Assembly (NCBI RefSeq): GCF_041146345.1
Contig: NW_027191410.1
Span: 310,001-374,000, forward strand
Reading direction: 5' to 3'
Length of the DNA: 64,000 nucleotides
DNA from: Neodothiora populina
Taxonomy: Eukaryota
Positions 1 through 11,256 of this stretch are shown here, in pieces. The notes beneath the pieces were generated by a model. That model was not told where the DNA came from. It saw only the letters and a list, made by a program, of their open reading frames with translations, and searched no databases. Numbering within the stretch: the stretch's first letter is position 1; each line of letters begins with the position of its first letter. Both the position numbers and the translations under genes were made by a program.

Positions 1-1358
1 GTACACTCACACAATGATGCAGACTTTGCAGACTTTGCTTCGGCGCCAGACCCATCCCCGGTTTCGCTTTCGTCGAGTCTCAGTGCGCCTCCAGCGATGA
101 AGACGTTCGGAGCTCACATCAGCATGGAGGACCGTCCCTTCACGAAGTGGTACAACGTGCACGAGCGTGTGACGTGGTCAGACTTCAAGATGGAGGCTTT
201 CATCCTGCCCACCATCATCCTCATCCTCGCCACTCACTGGTGGGGAACCAGAGCGAACCGACGTCGCGCGAACGCCTGGTTGGGGAGTCACGTCAGCGCC
301 TTCGAGTCCGAGTTCGCCAGCGTCGGATTCTCCGGTCGTCGTGTCATCAGCGCCGCTCAGGTGCAGCAGGAGGGACTCGCCAAGGCCGTCGAGCAGAGTG
401 GAGCGAGCGAGAACGCGCTCAAGGAGAAGAGCAAGGACGTCTTCATGTCTTACGCCTCTGGACGACAGAACATCGCTTTCGTCGACGTCAAGATCAACCT
501 GCTGAAGCGCTATAACCCCTTCGCTCTTGTCGGCGAGGCCGTCCTGCCTTTTTTCGTCGAGTCCATGAACACTGTTGAGGAAAAGGTTGAGATCACCGCT
601 TACACTTTCGACGGCAAGGAGAAGGACTTGATCCCCCGTGTTCCTGGCCAGGAGCCCATCAAGGGCAAGGACTCTGCTTACGATGGTTTCGTTTGGGCTA
701 TTGTCCACAAGGACTCGATGAAGAGACTCCGCGACGAGCGCTACGACCTTAGTCTCACCTCCACCAAAGACCACGCCAAACTCCCCCAGTGGGCCTCTGT
801 CATGAGCGAGAGTGCCGAGATTACCGAAACCCTCTTGACCAAAGAGCTCTGCTCTGCCGTCGAGAAGATCGGCATGGATGGATTGGAGAGTATCATTATC
901 TCTGACATGCCCGAAGACGCACCCAAGACGTGAAGTTTTCCCCTTCTCTTCCCTCCTCAAAGCACAAGAAGACTAACAGGAAACACAGCCTCAACGACCT
1001 CGTCCCCAAGAAGCGTCTCCAACTGAACCTCCGCTTGAACGACCCCTCCTCGGCCGCCGACCTGCCCTTGATCCAAACCTTCTTGCGCCTAGCAGACGTC
1101 CTGGTAGCCACGGGTCACTTCCGCCCCGAAGTCATGCGCCGTGTCCGCACCACCCGTGACGACGAGCACAAAAAGATCAAGAAGCAGCAGGACATCGAGC
1201 AAGCCGAGGAGCGCAAGGGACAGTCGGACAAGCAGAAGAAGGAGGAGCGCGAGAGGAAACTCAAGGGCATGACTGCTGAGGAGCAGAGGAAGTTCCTCGA
1301 GAGGGAGAAGGACAAGGACATGAGGAAGAGAATGGGTAGGATGACGATGAAGGCTTGA
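1..1358 (+). CDS. CCDC47/DUF1682-family ER protein (PAT complex subunit-like), 5' end outside the window
   Basis: Frame is open from base 1 (..DADFADFASAPDP). One TM segment, YASGRQN and LLKRYNP motifs, K/E-rich coiled-coil C-terminus. Intron 930-988 (GTGAAG..CTAAC..CAG) joins the two ORFs. Confidence 0.85.
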
Positions 1359-1601
1359 GGTGCCTTGTCCGTGACGGTTTCTTGTTGTGAGACAGAAAAG
1401 GCTGAGCGAGGACTTTTTGTTGTCAAGACAAGTTTGCTTGGATAGCACAGGTCGGATGCTTGATCATCTGACATCGATTCTCCCCAGAGGAATTTCAAAG
1501 TGTTCGTAATTGCCCTTCTCAAAAGGACCCATCATACATATGAAGAAGCAGATAAAAAAGCCAATCATCGAAAGAGCCCTGTAGATCTCTCTCTCCATCT
1601 T

Positions 1602-2911
1602 TCATACTTCCTTTAACCTCTTCACAGGCCTAGACAACGTCGAGTCATCAGGCAGCCCACTCCTTTTCGTCCCCGGCAGACTTCCGGTGCGGATATCATT
1701 GTCCTCGGAGCTCACTTTGCGCGGAGGATACCTGTTCTCGATGCCCTCGAAGCAATTCTTCGGCGGCGCCGCCACATTGTCGCTTTCGTCGTGCATGAAG
1801 TAAGGGTGCTGCAGTGCCTGGTCTGCGCTTAGACGTTTCAACGGATCATACTCGAGGAGCCTCTTCAGCATATCCAGGCCGTCGCGATGGGGCGGAAGTA
1901 AGTTGGCTGTGGTGTAGTGGCTGTTCCTTATCACTTGGTCCCACCACTTGTCGAGACCAGTCGGGCGTGAAACAGCAGGGTTGCCCGCGGCCAGCGTGCT
2001 CAGCTGCGGGTACTCGGGCATCATCGAGAGTAAAGGCCAGTTTTCCTTGCGGGGCACACCTAGCACTTCGGCGATTTTGCCCATCTGGTTGCGCTGGAAA
2101 GGCACCGTCTTTTTGGAGTCTTGCTTTGCTTCCTCGCCTTTGAAAATGGGTCGCAGACTCATGAGTTCGGCGAATATGCAGCCGACTGCCCATGTGTCGA
2201 TCGCGGGCGTGTAGTGCCGGCTTCCGAGCAGGAGTTCGGGTGCACGATACCAGATTGTCACGACGACCTTGTCGCCACCGAAAAGGGTCTGCAGGGGTTT
2301 GTAGAACAGACGGGCGAGGCCGAGATCGCCGATCTTCACTATTCCAGAGGATGTGACCATGATGTTTGCGGGCTTGAGATCCCGATGCATGACCCAGTTG
2401 CGGTGGAGGTATAATAGACCGTTCAAGACTTGGAACATGATAGAACGTAATGTCGGTGCTGGTATGGGTGTGCGAGGATGTTGTGTGTGCCAGTGGATGA
2501 TTTGGAGCAGGTCATGTTCAGCATACTCGAAGACCATAAAGATGCATTTCGACTCGAGGATGATCTCGACCAAGGATATCACATTGTCGTGTGAAAGCTC
2601 TGTACACAGAGCCATTTCTCTTATCGCTGACTGTGAGATGCCCGTGTAACTTAACTCTCCATCCTTGTCTGGTTTGAATCTACTACATGTTAATATTCAT
2701 GAAAGTAGGGGTGTATATTTGCAGGGGTATCGCACTTTTTTATGGCGAACGCTTCTATCACACGGCCAGTCGTCTGATTGACAACAGGCTGAGCATTCTT
2801 GCCTTTGCCTTTGGCCTTGTACACCCTTCCATACGTGCCACTACTGATGAAGCCTACGACATCGTAGTAATCACTAATGTGTCGTGGAGTTCCGTACGTG
2901 CTCGAAGCCAT
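1602..2911 (-). CDS. SSN3: Cyclin-dependent kinase 8 (Mediator kinase module)
   Basis: GFISSGTYGRVYKA, AIKKFKPDKDG, HRDLKPANI, DLGLARLF and VVVTIWYRAPELLLG motifs; intron 2680-2735. Confidence 0.95.
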
Positions 2912-3929
2912 CTTAGCACTGGGAGTGTCTATAGGCTCTGCAGATGACAGAGTGTCAGTCCGTTTTGGTTCTACGGCTCTGAGAGCAGGTTTTCTTTTTT
3001 TTGTTTCGGACAACAGGGCCAAGTTTAAGAAAGTATGTTGACATGTGTCAAGACGAGGACAATAAATTTTGGAATTCGGACTTCACTTGAGCAGAGGTAA
3101 ATCGGACGCTCACGTACCGATGAACGACGCCTGCACACCTTTCTTTATACCGGAGGGGTTTTGGGCGGCAGGGTATGTATTGACATTTTTGACACTTGAC
3201 ACGGCATTGGATGTAGTCGTATCCGCCGCTGCGGATGGTGCTTTGGAGGAAGCAGTGGAGGCGAGCATGATGTCTCCAGTCTGAAAGGAATCTTAAATCC
3301 TAACACCGACCCCGCGCAGTCACATCTTCGATCGATTCATCTATCTTGAACAGGTATGTACTTGGTATTGAGATATTGCATATACGAGCAATGATTTGTA
3401 TGTAAGTGGTTTATCTCAAGATAGTCCTCTGGAGGGCGACCCTATGATAGAGTAGAGTCGCTGTTCTGGGGCACGGTCCATCCTCGACGTCACGTGACAT
3501 CTTTTCGCTATGCAGGTCGGGAGTTCACCCAGGATCAATATTCTATGGCTACGGCCTACTTGAGCTCAGTCTCGGGTCTAGTTCGAGTCTCCATGTCACT
3601 GCATTCGTTCGATTGCTCGGAGTCTGGTTTGCTGCTTACTGCATATCATCCAGCGAGCTGGCTGAGCAAGTGACCGACCGGCATCGGGGACCTCGAACGC
3701 CCCTCCACCCCGCCCCACAGACTATCAACCGGACCCTGACCAAAAATGAAAGCAGAGCGGAAGACGGAATTAAGAGTAGGTTGGTCAGCAAACACTAGAG
3801 CAAACCAGAATTATGATGACGGAAGCTTCTCTTGCTTTTACCATTGTCTCCATCACCACATTACCACTTCTACTCGGGATTATTGCTCCTTTGGATTGAA
3901 AGAGAAGTGAAGTGTTTCAGACGAAGATC

Positions 3930-5029
3930 ATGGCGCCTTCACGGATCGAAGACAACGAGGTGACGGACTTCGATGCGCCACTCAAGGCGGCACCAAAGTT
4001 GGTCGCGCCTGAACCGGGTATGTTGCTAGATAAGACGTTGATTTTTGACATCACAGAAGACTAGGAGGCTCATACATGACTTCATACACAGAACACTGTC
4101 CAGGACCGGAATCCGAAAAAGCAGGCCAGGGAGATGCCTGTGCCGGATGTCCCAACCAACAAATCTGCGCCACTGCGCCCAAAGGACCAGATCCGGATGT
4201 CCCTGCCATCACAGCCCGACTAGCATCGATAAAACACAAGATCCTCGTCTTATCTGGCAAGGGAGGCGTGGGAAAATCCACCTTTACGACAATGTTGTCT
4301 CACGCATTTGCCCAGAATCCCGACAGCACCGTCGGCATTATGGACACTGACATCTGTGGGCCGTCGATCCCCAAGATGATGGGCGTGGAGCAAGAGACCA
4401 TCCATGTCAGCAGTTCGGGCTGGAGTCCTGTCTGGGTGTCGGAGAATCTGGGAGTAATGAGCGTTCAATTCATGTTGCCCAATCGCGACGACGCAGTAAT
4501 TTGGCGAGGCCCCAAGAAGAATGGACTGATCAAACAATTTCTCAAGGATGTTGAGTGGGGCGAGCTTGATTATCTGGTTGTCGATACACCACCTGGAACC
4601 TCAGATGAGCATCTGAGCGTCAATAGCTATCTCAAAGAGTCAGGCGTCGACGGTGCCGTCGTCATCACCACACCTCAAGAAGTTGCCCTGCTCGATGTAC
4701 GAAAAGAAATAGACTTCTGTCGCAAGGCGGGTATTAAGGTGTTGGGTATTGTTGAGAATATGTCGGGTTTCGTCTGCCCTAAATGCACCCACGAGAGCCA
4801 AATCTTCAAGGCAACGACGGGTGGTGCGCGGAAGTTGGCCGAGGACATGAACATTCCGTTCCTCGGCGCAGTACCTCTAGACCCGAGGATTGGCATGGCA
4901 TGCGACTTCGGCGAGAGTTTCTTCGACGCTTACCCTGACAGTCCGGCCTGTAAGGCTCTGCGAGGAGTTGTCAAGAGAGTGAGCGAGGAGATGGGTGTGC
5001 CTGCCGATGAAATCTTCGATTCTGTCTGA
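3930..5029 (+). CDS. NBP35: Cytosolic Fe-S cluster assembly factor Nbp35
   Basis: N-terminal [16 protein letters not shown]-loop [20 protein letters not shown] and CPKC; intron 4018-4091. Confidence 0.95.
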
Positions 5030-5422
5030 GCGCCTCTTTCCAGACATTGATATACGGGATCTCTATGGCCAAGTGCCTTCTCCGCGTCGAAGCTCGTGGA
5101 TTTAGTTGTGACCCGGACTGCTATCCTCTACTGCTCGACTCGGAGAGCCACCTCTACCAGCGTACACGCCGGTTGTGACGCAACAAAAACCCATGCGCTT
5201 CCTGCGCTTCCGCCTCGAGGCTTCGGAGATACTGCAGACTCATAAAGTAATCATCCCACTTCTGGCCGATATCCTGGGCTTCCTTGATGCAGGCTTTCGG
5301 AGACAAGACGACTCGCACGTCAATTTGCCGTAGCGTATTTCTCAAGGTCTCTACAAGATGGAATACCTGCAGCGCGACATTCGCTCGCTTGACTGGGATT
5401 ATCATGATTCCCGGAACCTTTC

Positions 5423-6913
5423 TTAGTCGCGACTGCGGTTCGCAAGCCATCGTCTCAGTACAAACTCTCGCACTTTGTACTGGCGCAGAATACCACCGAT
5501 ATCATCTTTGCCCACAGCTTTGATGGCAGCCAGGGTGGGAACCTCGACGTAACAGATGACAAGGCTTTTCCTCACCTGACTCTGGACCCTGTTCACACAA
5601 TGGAACCACCACCAATCCCGGGACTGCTTCTTCTCTGCGTCGGGAGCATCTGCAGCGTACTCGGGGACGATGATGACGGCGAATTCGGCGTGAGAGAAGA
5701 CAGGGCCTCTGTTGTAGAGCATGTAATCTGCGGAGAACTTGACGCCTGGACGCACAACCCAGCCTAGCGAGCGGTAGTGGTGGTAGACTGCATAGTTGAG
5801 CAAGAAGGGATCATCCGCCCGCAGTGTTGATAGATCCAATGCAGGAGGGAAAATTGAATGTGTCCAAGAGAGTGTGAACAGATCTGTGGTGGTGATTGGA
5901 GCCATGTCGGGTCCTTTGCGGATCTCGAGCACACCGAGAGCATAGGAGAGGAAGAAAGCCTCCTCGAGACTCAGTTGCAGATGTTCTTGGTTGACGTCGA
6001 CGATGGGTTCTTCGGGCACGAATAAAGCTTGATCCTTCTCCTTCTTACCGGTTGCCTTTGTGATAGTAGATGTGTCCTCTTGTCCGGTAACAGTAGCAGT
6101 GCTCTCTTGTGCCGGGACTGCAAGGGTTGTCTCCTCTACGGCGGTAGCCGCAATCTCCTCTTGCATATTAGTAGTAAGATCCTGCTCTTGCACTTCAGAA
6201 GTGGAGGTCGTCTCGACATACTGTGCCTGCCAAGGGAAGACGTGAGAAAGAGAACTATGACTGGTCCGAGACGACACCTCCTCCGCCGAGGCCTGTCTCT
6301 CCGCCGTCGAAGCACTCCCAGGCCTCTCCAACTGTTCTGCAAGCGCTCGTTCCTGCCTGAGCTGCAACTCAATCTGCTCCCTCTCCAACCTCGCCCTCTC
6401 AAGCTTAAACATCTTCCGCTCCTCACGTCTCTTCCTCGTCGCCTCCTCCGCCGTGCCCCCACCCCCTACCCCTCCAGCTCTCAACCTCGCCTTCTCAGCA
6501 GTCAACCAATTCGGCTCACTTCGCGACAGCGTGCCCTTTCCGAAGAACCCCATCTCCCACAGCGCACGCACGTGCACTGGGTCAGTGATATGCACCGAGC
6601 GCGTCTCAGACGAGAAATACCCCACATACGGCGCTGAAGCATGCGAAGACGGGGGCTGAAAGAAGTGTCGGACCAGGGTCGCGGCGATTCGGAGCAAGGA
6701 AAGAGGAGAGTGCGGGATGAAGGCTGGAAGGGGGTAGGTCTCTAACGGCAGGGGTTTGGCGTGGATTTTGGCGTAGTTTGGTTTCTGGAAGCGTTTTCTG
6801 GGCGGTCGGGCGGGTTCGTCGCCGCTGCTGGCTATGCTGGACTTGGACTCTGTGGGTTTGGCGCTGTCGGTTGGCTTTTCGACTGCCGTGATGGGTTGGA
6901 TCGGGTCCGCCAT
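5423..6913 (-). CDS. SEN2: tRNA-splicing endonuclease subunit Sen2
   Basis: GFFGKGTLSRSEP, EHLQLSLEEAFFL and GVKFSADYMLYNRGPVFSHAEF motifs. First ATG is at 6913; the ORF track uses an upstream non-ATG start. Confidence 0.92.
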   Translation of the reverse strand: MADPIQPITAVEKPTDSAKPTESKSSIASSGDEPARPPRKRFQKPNYAKIHAKPLPLETYPLPAFIPHSPLSLLRIAATLVRHFFQPPSSHASAPYVGYFSSETRSVHITDPVHVRALWEMGFFGKGTLSRSEPNWLTAEKARLRAGGVGGGGTAEEATRKRREERKMFKLERARLEREQIELQLRQERALAEQLERPGSASTAERQASAEEVSSRTSHSSLSHVFPWQAQYVETTSTSEVQEQDLTTNMQEEIAATAVEETTLAVPAQESTATVTGQEDTSTITKATGKKEKDQALFVPEEPIVDVNQEHLQLSLEEAFFLSYALGVLEIRKGPDMAPITTTDLFTLSWTHSIFPPALDLSTLRADDPFLLNYAVYHHYRSLGWVVRPGVKFSADYMLYNRGPVFSHAEFAVIIVPEYAADAPDAEKKQSRDWWWFHCVNRVQSQVRKSLVICYVEVPTLAAIKAVGKDDIGGILRQYKVREFVLRRWLANRSRD

Positions 6914-7450
6914 TGTAAGGTGGTTGGATGTGTGTGTGTGTCGATCTTTTTTCTTTTGCTCTTCTTCTTCTAGCTCTTTCCTTTTCAAATACGCATGGCA
7001 GTAGAGGGAGGCTAGAGGACTGCTCTCTTTAGTGATGAGGGACCCGACAGCGCGAGTCCAAGACACGCACGCGCAAACACTGAGACTGACTCTGAATAAA
7101 ACCCAGCGATTTTTTCATGTCACGATAAATAATTCCAAGAAGCCGCCGCCGCAATCGGCAATAATCATATGTGGGGAAGAAGGAAGACGGAAAACCGCAG
7201 CTCGGGCCAACTTTCCTAGTCGCATGAAGGAATAGCATCATTCAGGTACTGTACAAGTAGCTTACGGACGTCTCGAATTAGAGCTGCACTTGTCTCTCGG
7301 CTGTGCACCTCTTTGTATGTCAAACAGTACTTGCGCATAGATATACTTCACCGTCCCTGTTTTGCAAAACAGAACACAAGCCCGATCGCGTCGCAGTACG
7401 ATACAACAACAGCATCCCCCCAACCCCCGCGCCAACCGCACACATATCCA

Positions 7451-8293
7451 ATGGACGACCCACCTCTGGCCTCTCTATCCCTGACCCACGTCCACTACGT
7501 GAGCGCCCGCCCCATTCGTCCTACGCATAAAGTGCCAAAAGCAACATCAAGCGTCTGACCCTCCGTGTGAAAACAGAACCCGAACGACCCCCTCTCCCAC
7601 GCCTCCGCCTGGCTAGCCCTGGTCCCTCAGGCGCTGTGCATCACCTATGCGACTCTGATATGGAGCACGCGCGAGGCCGAGGTGCTGCTGATGTTCGGCG
7701 GGCAGATGGCGTGCGAGGCTACGAACTGGGTGCTGAAGCGATTGATCAAAGAGGAGAGACCGCATAGTGAGTCCCCTTTCTCTTCTACTTTCCTGCGCTT
7801 TGTGAGGCTGACGATCGATCCTCGAGTCCACGGCAAAGGCTACGGAATGCCGTCCTCGCACGCTCAGTTCGTCGCTTTCTTCTCTGTCTCCTTGACGCTT
7901 TTCTTGCTGCTTAGACATAACCCTCATGCACCCGGTGCTTCGTCGACGCATATCCCGACTTCTGTGTTTGAGCGGCTTGTGCTCTCTGTGCTGGTCCTTG
8001 GGGGCGCATTCGCTGTGGCGCAGAGCAGGATCTATCTCAACTACCATACCCCGAAACAGGTCCTTGTTGGATGCGCTGCCGGCACTGTTTTCGCATTGGT
8101 TTGGTTCGGCGTCACGACTTATCTCAGGCGCGCCGGCTGGGTGGAGTGGGCTCTGGATTTCGCTGTGGCACGGTACTTTCGCATCAGGGATCTTGTTGTC
8201 AATGAGGACCTGGTGGATGCTGGATGGGAGAGATGGCAGCAGCGGAGACAGAAGAGGAGTAGTGGTGATCTGCAGGCAAGGAAACGGTCATGA
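7451..8293 (+). CDS. CAX4: Dolichyl pyrophosphate phosphatase (PAP2 family)
   Basis: KRLIKEERP, GYGMPSSHAQF and SRIYLNYHTPKQV motifs. Intron 7499-7576, plus a second in-frame intron-like segment starting at 7767. Confidence 0.9.
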
Positions 8294-8417
8294 CAGAGCA
8301 CCATATAGTCGCTGGCTTTTATGCAATTTTTTGGTTTGTTTGTCATAAAAAAAAGAAATTAATAAGAGTAAGGTAGGTGATAGAAACAAGAAAAACGAGG
8401 GAGAACAAAATTCGTTA

Positions 8418-9596
8418 CTATCTGAGCCGTTCCACCACCCGCAACACACTGATCATGAAAGTGATGAGCCAGGCGACGAGTGCGACAACCAAGACCCCGG
8501 CCAACCCTTTCTGCGAATGGCATATCTCGGCCGAGTTCGGACAGTTCTGAAACTGGGATTCATTGTCGAAGCAGGCCCATCGAGGATCGTCCAGCGAGTC
8601 GAAGGCTAAGGAAAGGTTTGATGAATAAAATACAATGAAATATAGGTCGATCAGGAGCAGTGACACCTTGGCTGTTGCACTACGTAGACCAAGACTAGAG
8701 GAAAGGAGAAATTAGTGTGCAAAATAGAACAATAGAACCAAAAAGAAAACTTACGGTTTGCTCAGATACTCATCCCAGGTGATATAGCATATGTATGGTA
8801 CGGCGATGCTATCCAAGATGATGGCCATGTACGTCGAAGCGCGCTTGTTGCAACTGAATCCCGAAGCGCGGGTCACGCTGTTGGCTTCATGATACACGCG
8901 GGCACCCAATCCGAGGCCGGCCAATGTGAAAGCCAGGACGGTGAGGCGGAAGACGAGCGGAACATAAGGATTCTTGAGGATGATGCGCTGGATGCGATAG
9001 AAGGTATGCCTCTGTCTCGCCGGAGACAATAACCAGTAGCCCTCTGCTTTCTCCGTCGCTTCCTCGTCTTCTCCGGGCGTCCATTCGGCGGTCATGTGAG
9101 GCATGTGCTCGTCCATCCAGGCATCTGATACAATCCTGGCGCCCTGTGTGACCCCCGGATGCGGTCCCGAGACCATATAAGGCAGCCATCTCCGCTGGTT
9201 CACGTCAATCGGCTGGTCGAGCATGGCGGGCTCGGCATCGCGCAGGTGATCCCATTTCCTGCCCGGGGCTCTGTGTTGATGCGGTGGTGCCGGAAGGTAG
9301 TGATGGCTCGCCGGCATGGCGGACGAAGGCGGCAGTAACCGATGGTGCTGTCCAGAGGCTCCGTCGTCCTCGTCGTCATCATCGTCTTCTTCGGTGCGGA
9401 CCCATGGCGGTATTGAGCGAACGACTCGATTGTCGTCGCTGGGCGAATGGGAGGGCTGGGCGGCGGCGGTATTTACGGTGGTGGTGGTGTTGGTGGTTGT
9501 GGCGGCGGGATCGGTGGGTAGTAGTACGCGAGGGGGAGAATGTTCGTTATTTACATTGATCGTCGTCGAGAGTGAGTCGCGCGCGGCTGGCTGCAT
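8418..9596 (-). CDS. SRF1: Srf1-like multi-pass membrane protein (phospholipase D regulator)
   Basis: SIPPWV motif, NPYVPLVFRL and WDEYLSKPLGLRS, four TM segments; intron 8695-8754. Confidence 0.75.
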
Positions 9597-9827
9597 CGCC
9601 GCGCTACAGGTCGGGGCAGAGGGGGCGGTGTGTGTACAAAAGAAAAAAAATGCAAATAATGAATGAGAAAAATGACTACGGCCGTCGGTAAGGGTGAAAG
9701 CGCAGAGTGCCAGACGCACACATTGTCACTGGTTTCTATCACAGTCTGGGTTTCCCTGGGAGCGGGCCTGGCCTGGGAAGCTGAAGTGAGCACCGCACCG
9801 CCTGCTCTCACGCCTGCTGCGGCTTCA

Positions 9828-9832
<5 letters not shown>

Positions 9833-9860
<28 letters not shown>
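9833..9860. repeat. (TC)14 microsatellite
   Basis: Seen directly, in the divergent SRF1/RPB9 intergenic region. Confidence 0.95.
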
Positions 9861-9866
<6 letters not shown>

Positions 9867-10357
9867 TGAGGTACGTGCGGCGTCTTATGACCTAATTACT
9901 GCGACCCCGTAGCGCAGTTCATAAAGCATGATTTGCAGCGATCGCCCGTTGCCGTTTCGTTGATGGGGATGATGGCAATTTGAGCTTGATTTCCTCGTGC
10001 TTGGCGGGTATTGTCTTATGCAGTAATTAGTGCATTGAGCATCGCAATAATACTGTGATCCGCAGGGTCAGGGAGCTTGGTGAGGCAGCCACATGTCAGG
10101 CATCAGTACCCTGGCTCCAGTGCTGCCTAACGTTTCTACCCCAGTCCGTTCCTGCTTGTCAAGCAATTAATCGTCAGTCATCCTCACCTTACTTCACTTA
10201 TCCTTGTTCGCGTGCGCCACTCTCGACACCACCGCCATCACTGCCTCACCGATACCGAGTTACACTTATCGGCAACTCCTCGTCTGCATTAGCACAGAAT
10301 ACAGGAATCCCACAGGAATCAGTCCATCCAACCAACCCGACTACCATCGCACTCACC

Positions 10358-11136
10358 ATGGCCTCCCCTGCTGGAGACGATGCGACCGATGCGCAGAACG
10401 AAAAGGTCGCATTCAGATTCTGTCACGAATGGTATGCTTTCTCACACTCAAAAGAACCATAACAACGGAACGAACAAAACTGACCGCCCCCTAGCTCCAA
10501 CATGCTCTACCCCCTCGAAGACAAGATGCTGAACCAGCTGATCTTCCGATGCCGCAACTGCAACTGGTCCACCGAAGTCGGTCCCACCTGCATCTACAGA
10601 AACGAGCTCTCGGGAAACGTGTCGGAAACCGCCGGTGTCATCCAGGACGTGGCCTCTGATCCAACGGTTGGTGATCCCATCCCCGACTTTTGCACCCTTT
10701 GCGGCGAAGCCATCCTCTGTCCCACCTGCGGCGAGCCCACAGACGGCGGCCAATATCTTGAGGTTGAAGAGCCGCCTGAAGACGAAGACGAAGACGATGA
10801 CGACCAACAAGTCGGCGCAGAGAGAGAAGAGCGGGAACAGCAGAGACATATGAACCCGTCTTGATTTTGTGTCGCGTTCTGTTTTTCTTAGCAACAGCAC
10901 GCTGACTTGAAACCACGCGACAAATAGCTGCCTCATGTCGACAGGGAATGTCCGAACAAGAGATGTGGTGCGCGGGACGCTGTCTTTTTCCAGAGTCAGC
11001 AACGTAACGCCGAGACGGGAATGGTATGTGCTTGCTACCACGCAGATGCTGAGAAGAGACCTGCTAATACTGCGCGCCAAAGAAACTTTTCTATGTATGC
11101 TGCGAGTGCAACAGAATCTGGACCGAGGCAAATTAA
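10358..11136 (+). CDS. RPB9: RNA polymerase II subunit Rpb9 (131 aa when fully spliced)
   Basis: Exons 10358-10431, 10495-10666, 10928-11023 and 11083-11136 give FRFCHECSNMLYP..CRNC..SDPTLPH..CPNKRC..VFFQSQQR..KLFYVCCEC. Confidence 0.95.
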
Positions 11137-11256
11137 AATGAAACGATGAATTTGATTGATTTAAAATTGGGGGATTATGGAGCAGGGAGTCTTGCAGCAC
11201 TTACAGGCGTTCTTGAGCTTCAACAAAAGCCAACTTCTCGACCGCTGCCCTTCTCT

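Noticed and set aside
3545..3595. tRNA-like AGCTCAG..GTTCGAGTC
   Set aside because: Spacing is too short and the stems do not pair.
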